In this document: positions 19,467-29,199 of the stretch, one piece after another
Position numbering within the stretch: the first letter of the stretch is position 1
How the letters are laid out: every line of letters begins with the position of its first letter
Assembly (NCBI GenBank): GCA_963701075.1
Contig: OY969559.1
Coordinates: 1,280,001 to 1,344,000, forward strand
Reading direction: 5' to 3'
Source: an uncultured Nitrososphaerota archaeon
Lineage (GTDB): Archaea; Thermoproteota; Nitrososphaeria; Nitrososphaerales; Nitrosopumilaceae
Length of the DNA: 64,000 nucleotides
Notes under the pieces: model-generated
Database searches by the model: none
What the model saw: the letters and a program-made list of their open reading frames with translations, nothing else
Told to the model about the DNA's origin: nothing
Position numbers and translations under genes: made by a program

Positions 19467-20162
19467 TTACCCTAGGTCAACGATGTTTGTCGTGACTGGT
19501 GGTACTTGTCTTTCGACGGACAATGCTGAACCTGTTGGCACATCAATCTCTGCCTTTATGTTGTCAAGTTCTCCTGGTCTGTCTGCACTATCATATACGA
19601 TAGCAAGCTCTGCATGTTCGCCCTGATCAAGTATGTTATTGATTGGAGTGTTTGAAACATCCCAGTAGATGATTGCCTTTGTCTCACTTGGAGCGCCTAC
19701 CTTAGTTGCACCTGTTATGGGTGCTGCGGTAATGCATCCGGCTGTTACTGCTGCATTAAGTGCTCCAGTTACGTTATTGTACGTGGCAGATGTCAGAACA
19801 CAATCGTTTTGATAGATGTTGTCGTATCGTACAGTATTGCTGTAGTACTTGATGCTAGTCTCATTCGGATTTAGACTGACCGAGTCCCCACCGCTTGCAA
19901 CCTGCAGTGGTACGATGGTGGCATTGAGCACTCCTGCGCTTACATCTCCAATTCCTGTGACCTTGCCTGCAATCTCTATTGCACTGCTTGCCTCAGTATA
20001 ACTGGATATTATCGCAGTCTTTGCTTTCTGTGTGGTCGAAAAACCCATGTTGAGTACCACGAATGCTAGAGCTGCTGCTACTATTACAAATGCAATCATA
20101 ACAATTGCAGCTTCTATACCCATGACTCCACGACGAGTTCTACGTTTTGAAACGGAGTTCAT
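19467..20162 (-). CDS. flaB: Archaellin FlaB/ArlB, copy 2
   Basis: Same motifs as copy 1; differs only in a 20-nt patch and the last sense/stop codons. Confidence 0.95.
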   Translation of the reverse strand: MNSVSKRRTRRGVMGIEAAIVMIAFVIVAAALAFVVLNMGFSTTQKAKTAIISSYTEASSAIEIAGKVTGIGDVSAGVLNATIVPLQVASGGDSVSLNPNETSIKYYSNTVRYDNIYQNDCVLTSATYNNVTGALNAAVTAGCITAAPITGATKVGAPSETKAIIYWDVSNTPINNILDQGEHAELAIVYDSADRPGELDNIKAEIDVPTGSALSVERQVPPVTTNIVDLG

Positions 20163-20201
20163 TAGGTGTGGATATAGTATGGAGGATATTATACACAAGT
20201 C

Positions 20202-20216
20202 TGTGTGGATTGAACA
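20202..20216. promoter_or_regulatory. Palindromic operator-like site upstream of flaB copy 2
   Basis: TGTGTG-GAT-TGAACA, 40 bp upstream of ATG 20162 and about 8 bp upstream of minus-strand TATAAT. Confidence 0.6.
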
Positions 20217-20408
20217 AACTATGTTTCCTAAAAAGCAGTGAAAAAAGATTATTTGTTTAATACTAAGTCATGAAGTGCGCAAAATGTGAAAATAAACGTA
20301 CTGATGATTTGTATGTAGACGTCATGTTTAAACACATTATATGTAGAAGTGACAAATTTTATTTGTTTGTTATCTAATAACTAATGAAAATGATGGACGT
20401 TTGCTGTG

Positions 20409-20423
20409 TGTTTGATGCAAACA
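20409..20423. promoter_or_regulatory. Perfect palindromic site upstream of MCP-like gene
   Basis: TGTTTG-ATG-CAAACA followed by TACGTCATTCTATAAG. Confidence 0.6.
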
Positions 20424-20526
20424 TACGTCATTCTATAAGGTGCTAACTGTTTAAAAATTGGCAATATGGTTGGAATAGGCAATGGCGAATTATCTGAAAA
20501 CTGTATTTTCATGGGCTTAAATTAAA

Positions 20527-21640
20527 ATGAGCAATACATTATTGAAATCCAATGATTCAATTCTGTCCCAAGACACTCAAACTGCAAAAGGAAAAGGAAG
20601 CAGCTTTACTCTCGAACGAGTTGCAGAGTTGTCTGAAATTCTTGCAAGTGAAGTAGAGTCCGCAATAGGTGAAATAGAAAGGTTGAATGGACAAACGCAC
20701 ATGATAGCAATTAATGCAAGGATTGAAGCAAGCAGGGCGGGCATGGCAGGAAAGGCGTTCTCAGTAGTTGCCGAGCAGATGAATGACCTTTCGGGAAAAA
20801 TTGGCATAGTGAGCAAGAAAATGCGAAACGAAAGTAGAGGCTCTATTGATGAATTGGGAAATTTGATAAAAACACAAGCCACCAATGTTCGAGGAACTAG
20901 ACTTTCTGATCTTGCACTGACTAATATCGATCTGATTGATAGAAACTTGTATGAAAGGTCTTGTGATGTACGTTGGTGGGCAACCGATGATAGTATTGTC
21001 AATGCGTTATCGACAAATACAAAAGAAGCATGTAGTCTTGTGTCAAAACGAATGGGCATCATATTGAATTCTTACACTGTATACTTTGATTTAGTATTGT
21101 GTGATATGGATGGAAACGTGGTGGCAAATGGCAGGCCTGATATCTACAAGTCTGTTGGCATGAATGCAAAAAATACTGGATGGTTTATCAGTGCAATGAA
21201 AACTAGTAGCGGAAAAGAATTTGGATTTCAGACAGTGAGTAAATGTGCCTTAGTAAATAATGAACTCAGTCTTGTATTTTCTTGTACAGTAAGAGAACAT
21301 GGCGATCAAAATGGTGCAGTTTTGGGTGTGCTTGGAGTTGTATTTCGTTGGCAGGACTTGGCACAAAAGATTGTAAAAGGTGTTCCGATATCTGATGAAG
21401 AAAAAGACAGAACGAGAATATGCATAGTTGACGAAAATGGCCTGCTTCTTGCTGACTCCAAAGACATGATGCTTGAAGAAGTGATTGAATTTTTGGGAAA
21501 AAATGAGATTTTCAGCCAAAAAAAGGGCTATACTGTGTCTGAATACAAGGATGAAAAATGTTGTCTCAGCTCATGCGTTTTCTCAAGGATATGAGACATA
21601 TGCATCCAACTGGCATTCTATGATTATTCAAAAACTGTAA
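20527..21640 (+). pseudogene. Soluble MCP-like transducer (N-terminal MCP signalling tip, C-terminal Cache-like sensor); +1 frameshift near 21568 affects the last about 23 aa
   Basis: QTHMIAINARIEASRAGMAGKAFSVVAEQM; RNLYERSCDVRWWATD. Removing one base gives ...KCCLAHAFSQGYETYASNWHSMIIQKL-stop at 21640. Confidence 0.8.
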
Positions 21641-21769
21641 GGTTAACGGTTCCTATGATGCAAATCGTGATAACAGGCCAAAACGGACTCTTAAAATACG
21701 TAATCTCCAAAACGGTCTGACATAAATAAAAAACATTCCTAATAGTTTTAATTCCTGATGTGATAACTG

Positions 21770-22039
21770 GTGATAATGCCTGATGTTTCAAGCAGCTATC
21801 CTTTTGACGGAATATGGAATGTAGTAAAAAGACAAGAATTAGAACCATTAAGCAAAGAAGACGGATACAGGTGGGGGATTTCTCACATACAGTATGTAAA
21901 AAAGGAACTGTTAAAATTAGAAGAAAGTGCGTTGGAAAGACGTGATGTCGAATTACTTCATAACTTAGTTGTTTCAAAATTGCGTGCAGCTGAAGTAGAA
22001 CAAGAACTTGAACAAAAACTTGCCGCAGTGCAAGACTGA
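21770..22039 (+). CDS. Small helical hypothetical protein in the chemotaxis cluster
   Basis: 89-aa Glu/Leu-rich ORF co-oriented between the two MCP genes. Confidence 0.7.
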   Translation: MIMPDVSSSYPFDGIWNVVKRQELEPLSKEDGYRWGISHIQYVKKELLKLEESALERRDVELLHNLVVSKLRAAEVEQELEQKLAAVQD

Positions 22040-22109
22040 AATCCAAGCCTTCATTTAGCGTATTTTAATGTATATGCCATGATAAAAATAGAATAATAAT
22101 TTCTGTGTA

Positions 22110-22124
22110 TGATCAATTCAAACA
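22110..22124. promoter_or_regulatory. Operator-like site upstream of the MCP-che operon
   Basis: TGATCA-ATT-CAAACA followed by TACGT (same flank as the 20409 site), 46 bp upstream of ATG 22170. Confidence 0.5.
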
Positions 22125-22169
22125 TACGTGAACATATTATTGGTCTGGACAATAAACATCACATTACAC

Positions 22170-23517
22170 ATGATAGAGAAGATTTTCAAAATAAGCATTA
22201 AAACAAAAATTAATGCGATGGTAAATGTTGCATCTGCTATCTCAATAGCAACTGTCTCATTTTCTAGCTATTCTGCAGCAGGACATGCAGCCGGGGCAGA
22301 CGATGCAATGCATTATGTCATAACGGGAATCATAATGCAAGCAGTGGTAGGAATACCTGCCTATTTTGTAGCTCAGCTCTATTACAAAACCAATACTCAA
22401 AATGGCTGCAATGGCAGAAAAAATCGGTCACGGTGATCTCACGGGGGACATAATGGAATCAAAATCACATGACGAACTTGGAAAATTAACTCAAGCGTTT
22501 GGTAACATGGTTGTTAACTTGAGACAATTAGTAACACAGGTAAGAGATGGCTCTTCTCTGGTTGCCTCAAATTCTGAACAAGTTGTTTCTTCTACTGAGC
22601 AGATGAATTCATCTGTACAACAAATATCATCAACGATTCAGCAGATATCAAAAGGCTCACAGACGCAAGCTCATGAGTTGGAAGCAACCAGTAGAGTAGT
22701 AACAAAGCTTACAAAAGACATGAAAAACCTTGCATTAAAAGCCAGTGTTACTGCAGATCTTACAAAAGAAGTTGGAGAAATATCAGAAACTGGATCAAAG
22801 TCGGCATCAGAAGCAGATTTTAGAATGTCCAAGATTATTAGCGTAACTAATGAATCTGCGCGAAAGATAAAAGAGCTGGCTGACAGAAGCGGTGAAATCA
22901 CTACAGTTCTAGAAGTCATAAGAAAAATTGCTGATCAAACAAATCTGCTTGCATTGAATGCAGCTATAGAAGCAGCTCGTGCGGGTGAGGCCGGTAGGGG
23001 ATTTGCTGTAGTGGCTGATGAAGTTAAAAGACTTGCAGAGGGTTCTGCTAAATCATCAGAAGAAATAGATGAATTAATAAAACAAATTCAAGATGATGCC
23101 AAGGCTACTGTACAAAGTATAGAGGGCGGTAGTAAGGAGATATCAGAAGGCAGACTTGTGATAGACAAGGCGCTGAAAGCATTGAACGAAATAGCTACAA
23201 AAGTAAAAGAAGTCTCTGCAAATGTAATGGACGTGGCAAATTCAACTCAAACTCAAGTTACTGAGATAGAAAAATTATCAAAAGCAGCGTCTGAAATAGC
23301 GGCAGTTTCTGAACAAAATGCCTCTGCAACTGAAGAGGCATCAGCTGCCACAGAACAACAAACAGCTGGAACGCAAGAGATTGCCGCATCTGTACAAAAA
23401 ATGGCAAGCATGGCAGATGATCTTTCAAAAATTGCATCTGGCTTTAAACTGCCAGACGGTTCAAATCTGATGGACTCAAAAAATAATGCAAAGAAAGAGG
23501 AGGCAATGGCACAGTAA
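22170..23517 (+). pseudogene. Membrane-bound methyl-accepting chemotaxis protein (2 TM, HAMP, MCP signal); +1 frameshift near 22375
   Basis: Removing one base joins TM2 to HAMP: ...IPAYFVARSITKPILKMAAMAEKIGHGDL...DELGKL; IADQTNLLALNAAIEAARAGEAGRGFAVVADEVKRLAE. Span 1348 nt = 3n+1. Confidence 0.88.
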
Positions 23518-23999
23518 TGAGTGAAACTGTCGTTGATGGATATTTGCAGGCAGTGGTGTTCAACTTGATTGATCAGAAAACAAACAAGAAAGAAGATTAC
23601 GGCATATCAATAGAACAGGTAAGAGAAATACGACCACTAGAGTCAATCACAAAGGTACCTAATGCCAAGAGCTACGTTAGGGGTGTAATGAATCTGAGAG
23701 GGATGATAGTTCCAGTAATAGATGTAAAGGAAAAGCTGGGTTTTAGCAGTGGAACAACAAGCCAAAAATCTCGTATTCTTGTTGCTGATGTAGATGGAAA
23801 ACTTACAGGACTTTTAATTGATGAAGTTGATCAAGTCATACGTATTCCAACAAAAGAGATTGAAACAAATCTTTCAGGTGGCCTTGAATCTTTAGAATAC
23901 ATAAAAGGTGTTGCTAAAACTTCTGGAAGGCTAATTGTTCTTTTAGACATGCAAAAACTTTTGCGGTATGATTCATTGATATCTCAATCGGAGGCATAA
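23517..23999 (+). CDS. cheW: Chemotaxis coupling protein CheW
   Basis: YGISIEQVREI, ITKVP, GVMNLRGMIVPVID, GLLIDEV. Confidence 0.95.
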   Translation: MSETVVDGYLQAVVFNLIDQKTNKKEDYGISIEQVREIRPLESITKVPNAKSYVRGVMNLRGMIVPVIDVKEKLGFSSGTTSQKSRILVADVDGKLTGLLIDEVDQVIRIPTKEIETNLSGGLESLEYIKGVAKTSGRLIVLLDMQKLLRYDSLISQSEA

Positions 24000-24000
24000 C

Positions 24001-24381
24001 ATGTCTACAAGCCCAACAAAGATTCTGATTGTAGATGATGCTTCATTTATGAGAGTTGTCTTAAAAGACATTCTTGTATCTCATGGCTTGGTATCACAAA
24101 TCTATGAAGCAGGTGACGGCCTTGCAGCAGTGGAATCCTACAAGCAATTCAAGCCAGATATAGTGACAATGGATGTTAATATGCCCAAAGCAGACGGAAT
24201 TCAGGCCCTGAAATCTATCATACAACTTAACCCAAAAGCCAAAGTGGTAATGGTGACATCTGTTGAACAAAAACACATCGTACAAGATGCCATAAAATCA
24301 GGCGCAAGAGATTATGTGATAAAACCATTTGATAGATCCAATGTAGCTATGGTGATAAGCAAAGTTATCAGGTCGAGATAG
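24001..24381 (+). CDS. cheY: Chemotaxis response regulator CheY, copy 1
   Basis: ILIVDDASFMR, PDIVTMDVNMP, YVIKPF; between cheW and cheB. Confidence 0.93.
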   Translation: MSTSPTKILIVDDASFMRVVLKDILVSHGLVSQIYEAGDGLAAVESYKQFKPDIVTMDVNMPKADGIQALKSIIQLNPKAKVVMVTSVEQKHIVQDAIKSGARDYVIKPFDRSNVAMVISKVIRSR

Positions 24382-24384
24382 CGT

Positions 24385-25446
24385 ATGATGGTAACGTCTG
24401 AGAAGAATCAGATCAAAATCATGATAGTCAATGATTCTTCATACATGACAGAATTATTACGCGATTTGTTATCGTCAGAGGACAACATCAAAATTATTGA
24501 AACCGCCCGAGACGGGCTTGAAGCGTTACGAAAACTCAAACACATGACTCCTGACGTCATATTGTTAGACCTAGAGATGCCTAACATGGACGGGTTATCC
24601 TTTATTGAAAACGTAATGAAAGAAAAAATTGTTAATATCATTATTGTGAGTAATTACAGTAAATCTGGAAGCAAACTGATTTTAGATTCCCTAGAACTTG
24701 GAGCAGTTGATTTTATCGCCGTGCCACAAGACAGCAATGATGTTATCAAGAATCTAAAGAATATATTGATATCCAAAATAGAGGTCGCTTCAAGATCCAA
24801 TCCTCATGTTTTGGCTCCAAAAGCCATTTCAAAATTGCGCCCATCCATTAACAAAGGTGTAGCGTCGGGGGAAATGGCATCAAAAGTGATTGTCATAGGT
24901 GCATCTACTGGCGCACCACGCGTGATAACTGATATTCTTCGAGAAATTCCAAAGGACATTCCTGCTGCATTTCTGATTGTTCAGCACATGTCAAAAGAAT
25001 TCATATCAACTTTTGCAGAAAGACTTGATGAAGTTTCAAAATTGCATGTTAAACAGGCAGCAGAAGGTGATCTGATACAAGAAGGAGTGGTATTACTTGC
25101 TCCAGGCGACATGCATATGGAGATATCATCAGATCATAGAATAAAACTAAATCAAGGTCCTAAGAGATTTGGAGTTAGACCAGCTGTAAATGTTACCATG
25201 GTATCCGCATCAGAAGTATTCGGTGCTAATACTATAGGTGTATTGCTGTCTGGGATGGGTCAGGATGGTGCGTTTGGAATGAAAATGGTAAAGAAAAGAC
25301 ACGGAATGACACTTGCACAGAACGAATCATCATCAGTTGTATTTGGAATGGCAAAGGCAGCAAATGATCTTCACGCTGTTGATAAAATGGTACATGCTGA
25401 TAACTTGGCAGAAGAAATAATCAAGGAGATAAAGCAAAATGTCTGA
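24385..25446 (+). CDS. cheB: Chemotaxis methylesterase CheB
   Basis: Receiver domain plus GASTG, VQHM, SGMGQDG catalytic motifs. Confidence 0.95.
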   Translation: MMVTSEKNQIKIMIVNDSSYMTELLRDLLSSEDNIKIIETARDGLEALRKLKHMTPDVILLDLEMPNMDGLSFIENVMKEKIVNIIIVSNYSKSGSKLILDSLELGAVDFIAVPQDSNDVIKNLKNILISKIEVASRSNPHVLAPKAISKLRPSINKGVASGEMASKVIVIGASTGAPRVITDILREIPKDIPAAFLIVQHMSKEFISTFAERLDEVSKLHVKQAAEGDLIQEGVVLLAPGDMHMEISSDHRIKLNQGPKRFGVRPAVNVTMVSASEVFGANTIGVLLSGMGQDGAFGMKMVKKRHGMTLAQNESSSVVFGMAKAANDLHAVDKMVHADNLAEEIIKEIKQNV

Positions 25447-27001
25447 AAATAGCAAATACCGCGAGATGTTTGTACAAGAAGCCTTGGAACACGTTGAAAA
25501 TCTAAATCAACACCTCTTAAAATATGAAGAAGAACCTAATGTGAAAGAACATGTAGACATTCTATTTAGATCTGCCCATACTTTGAAAGGTATGGCTGCA
25601 ACCATGGGATATGATCAGATTAGGGAGATTTGTAAGACTATCGAAGAAATTTTTGATACATTCAGAAAAGGAGAAACAACAATAACCGCAGAATTAGGAA
25701 ATGTCATATTTCTTGGAATTGATCACCTGAGGAAACTAGTAAGTGACGAAACAAAAAAAATTGATTTAAAAGAGTTTCTAAATTATGTACAAAACCCCAC
25801 TGAACTCAAAGTTAATGATCTAGAAGCCGATCCTGTATCTCCACAACAGGTAAATTCTCCTACAGTCAGGGTGAAAATGCAAGATCTTGACGCACTTGTA
25901 AATTTGGTTGGAGAAATGATGATATCTAAAATGCGACTAGACCAGATAATACAAACATGTAACTCTGATGAAGGCAAAGAGGTCCTAATGAATTTTGGCA
26001 GGCTTATTACTGATATCCAGTATCAAACAATGAAAATTAGGCTAGTTCCTGTAGATCATGTCTTTAATAGGTTTTCAAGGATGGTACGTGATGTTTCAGC
26101 ATCTCTTGGTAAGGAAGTCAAACTAGAGATGGAAGGCTCTAATATTGAGCTGGATCGTACTGTATTGGACGCAATTACCGATCCTCTTCTTCATATGCTT
26201 AGAAATGCAGTTGATCATGGATTAGAAACGCCATCTGAAAGAAAAGAAATGGGAAAATCAGAAACTGGCACAATACATCTGAAAGCCAGTCGCATTGGAG
26301 ATAGGGTGGAAATCCAAGTTGTTGATGATGGAAAGGGTATTGATCTTGACGCAATTAAAGCAAAAATCTTGGAAAAGAAAATCATAACTCAGGAAGAACT
26401 TGATCATATGGCTGAAGAAGAAATTGTAGAGTTGATTGGAACTCCAGGTCTTTCAACCGCAAAGGTGGTTACTGACATATCTGGGCGAGGAGTGGGAATG
26501 GATGTTGTGATGACCAGAGTCAAAAATGTTGGCGGACATGTGAAAATCTTGACTGAAAAAGGAAAAGGAACTAACATCACATTGACAATTCCTATGAGTT
26601 TGGCTATAATAGGAGGACTATTAGTTAACATATCAAATCAGAAATACGTTCTACCGCTTTCAAGCATATCTACTACAATTACAGTTGACTCTAAAGATAT
26701 AAGATGTGTGCATGGAAAAGAGATGATAACTCTAAGAGATAAGATTGTTCCTATAATTCGAGCTTCAGTGGTGCTTGGATTGAATTCATCTGATGTGGCA
26801 GTTAATGCCCCCGTAAATATAGTAGTTGTAGATAAGGATGGCAAGTTTTATGGTTTAGTAGTAGACTCACTTGAAAAAGAACAAGAAGTTGTAATAAAGC
26901 GTCTTGACGGTATGACTAATTCGTTGGCAACATTTTCAGATGCAACTATATTGCCAGATGGGAAAGTGGCGTTAATTCTTGAGCCATCATTACTAGTGTA
27001 G
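25439..27001 (+). CDS. cheA: Chemotaxis histidine kinase CheA (apparently lacking P2)
   Basis: FRSAHTLKGMA (P1), LDALVNLVGEM, HMLRNAVDHG, DDGKGID, SGRGVGMDVV, C-terminal CheW-like P5. Confidence 0.96.
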   Translation: MSENSKYREMFVQEALEHVENLNQHLLKYEEEPNVKEHVDILFRSAHTLKGMAATMGYDQIREICKTIEEIFDTFRKGETTITAELGNVIFLGIDHLRKLVSDETKKIDLKEFLNYVQNPTELKVNDLEADPVSPQQVNSPTVRVKMQDLDALVNLVGEMMISKMRLDQIIQTCNSDEGKEVLMNFGRLITDIQYQTMKIRLVPVDHVFNRFSRMVRDVSASLGKEVKLEMEGSNIELDRTVLDAITDPLLHMLRNAVDHGLETPSERKEMGKSETGTIHLKASRIGDRVEIQVVDDGKGIDLDAIKAKILEKKIITQEELDHMAEEEIVELIGTPGLSTAKVVTDISGRGVGMDVVMTRVKNVGGHVKILTEKGKGTNITLTIPMSLAIIGGLLVNISNQKYVLPLSSISTTITVDSKDIRCVHGKEMITLRDKIVPIIRASVVLGLNSSDVAVNAPVNIVVVDKDGKFYGLVVDSLEKEQEVVIKRLDGMTNSLATFSDATILPDGKVALILEPSLLV

Positions 27002-27011
27002 GTAAATCGAA

Positions 27012-27611
27012 ATGACAACTAAAACATTGAATCCAACAGAATTGTATTCTCTTGAAAATGTGTTAAGCTCATACATTACACAGAAAACGTCCTCTGCCTT
27101 GTCATCTCTTCTTGGAGAATCTACAGTACACACTATAAAGAAAACACATACGGAAACTTCTAAAATTGGAGACTTGAAAGATTTTGTTAACGAAATAGTT
27201 CTCTGTTCTGTATTTCTTCATGGAGGAGGAGATGTACGTGTGGGAATTCTATATTCTATATCTGAAATTGACGCAAAAAAAATTGCGGCGAAATTGTTAT
27301 GCACGGAAAAAGTTGACTCACTTGATGATTTAGGAAAGTCTGCGATATCAGAGGTGGGAAACATTATGTCAGGATCATTTTTCAATGCATTGTCCGATCA
27401 CACTGGGTTAAAAGTAGATCTTTCCACCCCTGATTTTGCAATGACGTCGATTTCATCATTATTAGAGCCACACGCATCAGGATTTCTTTGTGAGATTAAT
27501 GATATTGTAACAGAGATAGAATTGATTGGCGTTGAAAGCAACGTGTGTGTACATATGTTGGTAATTCAAGATCATGACAATGCTAGAAAGCTTTTGAATA
27601 CGAAACGGTGA
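27012..27611 (+). CDS. cheC: CheC/CheX-family phosphatase
   Basis: SAISEVGNIMSGSFFNAL motif. Confidence 0.88.
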   Translation: MTTKTLNPTELYSLENVLSSYITQKTSSALSSLLGESTVHTIKKTHTETSKIGDLKDFVNEIVLCSVFLHGGGDVRVGILYSISEIDAKKIAAKLLCTEKVDSLDDLGKSAISEVGNIMSGSFFNALSDHTGLKVDLSTPDFAMTSISSLLEPHASGFLCEINDIVTEIELIGVESNVCVHMLVIQDHDNARKLLNTKR

Positions 27612-27697
27612 CATTAATTGATAAATATGAAGATCAGTTTACGAAATATTTTGGAATTGAGTGGGTATGATATGAATAGTTTACACGGTGATAGTTT

Positions 27698-28552
27698 TTG
27701 AGTCTTAATGAATTATCAATGAGTGAAGACTCGCTGCATACATTTAGCAAGGTGTTTGAGAGTTATGGATTTGATATTAAGAGATACAAGACTGCCTTCA
27801 TGAAGAGAAGATTAGATAGAAGAATGAGGGTTCTAGAGATTAACGACTATTTTGAATATGCCACAGTTTTAAAAAATGAAAGACGTGAATTTGAAGAACT
27901 ATTTACATCCCTGTCGATCAACGTGACAAACTTTTTCAGAGATTCTGCAGTATATGATAAATTCAGATTGTTCATAATACCTAAAATTTTATCTGGTCTA
28001 GAGCAGCGCTACAAAATCAGAGTATGGAGTGCTGGGTGTGCATCGGGAGAAGAAGCATATTCCCTTGCTATCATGTTCACATATGCGATTGGGAAAACAA
28101 ATAATTTTGATGTAGAGATAATTGCAAATGACATTAATCCAAATGCAATCGAATATGCACAAAGTGGTAGATATTCTGAGAAAAGCATTACCAAATTACC
28201 ACCTGAGGTGGTTGCAAATTATTTTCAAAAGATAGCGGATAGTGAAAACAATGTAGGATATGAAGTTATACCATCTATAAAAAATTTAGTGACATTCAAA
28301 GTGGGCGACATACTGTCTAATGATTCAAAAAATCTTGACGTGATATTCTGCAGAAATGTATTGATTTATTATGAAAAAGAAGCCCAAGAAATAATTATGA
28401 CAAAATTTCATCACTGTTTGAAAGAATCAGGTTATCTTGTGCTAGGTATGGATGAAACCATGCTGGGAAGAAGATGTGAGAAGTTGTTCAACCCATTACT
28501 GGCACGTGAAAGAATCTATCAAAAAATTGCAGTGCCTAGTAATCCAAAATAG
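27698..28552 (+). CDS. cheR: Chemotaxis methyltransferase CheR
   Basis: INVTNFFRD, VWSAGCASGEEAYSLA, DVIFCRNVLIY. Confidence 0.96.
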   Translation: MSLNELSMSEDSLHTFSKVFESYGFDIKRYKTAFMKRRLDRRMRVLEINDYFEYATVLKNERREFEELFTSLSINVTNFFRDSAVYDKFRLFIIPKILSGLEQRYKIRVWSAGCASGEEAYSLAIMFTYAIGKTNNFDVEIIANDINPNAIEYAQSGRYSEKSITKLPPEVVANYFQKIADSENNVGYEVIPSIKNLVTFKVGDILSNDSKNLDVIFCRNVLIYYEKEAQEIIMTKFHHCLKESGYLVLGMDETMLGRRCEKLFNPLLARERIYQKIAVPSNPK

Positions 28553-28754
28553 TCATCATATATTTGGTTTCACACGTGTAATATTCACATGTGTGATCAA
28601 ACTATACAACTGTACTAATATTATGATCTTGCACCAAACAAGTCTTAAATGATACCTATGCTATACCCTCTATTTGTTAAGACTAAAACAAACCAATTAT
28701 TTTGTAATGTTATGCTGGAGAAATTTGTTATGTTATCTCAATCGGAGGCATAAC

Positions 28755-29135
28755 ATGTCTACAAGCCCAACAAAGATTCTGATTGTAGATGATGCTTCAT
28801 TTATGAGAGTTGTCTTAAAAGACATTCTTGTATCTCATGGCTTGGTATCACAAATCTATGAAGCAGGTGACGGCCTTGCAGCAGTGGAATCCTACAAGCA
28901 ATTCAAGCCAGATATAGTGACAATGGATGTTAATATGCCCAAAGCAGACGGAATTCAGGCCCTGAAATCTATCATACAACTTAACCCAAAAGCCAAAGTG
29001 GTAATGGTGACATCTGTTGAACAAAAACACATCGTACAAGATGCCATAAAATCAGGCGCAAGAGATTATGTGATAAAACCATTTGATAGATCCAATGTAA
29101 CTATGGTGATAAGCAAAGTTATCAGGTCGAGATAG
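28755..29135 (+). CDS. cheY: Chemotaxis response regulator CheY, copy 2
   Basis: Identical to 24001-24381 except GCT>ACT (A116T); GGAGG RBS upstream of ATG 28755. Confidence 0.92.
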   Translation: MSTSPTKILIVDDASFMRVVLKDILVSHGLVSQIYEAGDGLAAVESYKQFKPDIVTMDVNMPKADGIQALKSIIQLNPKAKVVMVTSVEQKHIVQDAIKSGARDYVIKPFDRSNVTMVISKVIRSR

Positions 29136-29199
29136 CGTATGATGGTAACGTCTGAATTGTTCATGACTGATCAAGAGATTGCTTCTATTATGGTAAAAT

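Larger units (their letters stand above)
17514..20162. repeat. Direct repeat of about 690 bp (flaB coding sequences 17514-18205 and 19471-20162, offset 1957 bp)
   Basis: Visual alignment is identical except for 7 substitutions in 17631-17650 vs 19588-19607; identity stops at the ATG. Confidence 0.93.
23980..29155. repeat. 422-bp dispersed direct repeat (23980-24401 and 28734-29155)
   Basis: Covers the cheW 3' end with RBS, all of cheY and the first codons of cheB; one mismatch seen. Confidence 0.93.

Noticed and set aside
17631-19607. Diversity-generating retroelement TR/VR pair from the two flaB copies
   Set aside because: Differences are not restricted to adenines, both copies are full genes, and no reverse transcriptase is present.
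21624-22046. 140-aa minus-strand ORF
   Set aside because: Antisense to the more plausible 89-aa gene in a plus-strand cluster; atypical composition.
28563-28601. Imperfect hairpin after cheR
   Set aside because: Several mismatches and no T-tract; too weak to call as a terminator or RNA.
28674-28754. N-terminal extensions given by the ORF track (cheY2, flaB, flaF, YncE, HMG-CoA synthase)
   Set aside because: Repeat boundaries, RBS positions and signal peptides point to the downstream start codons.
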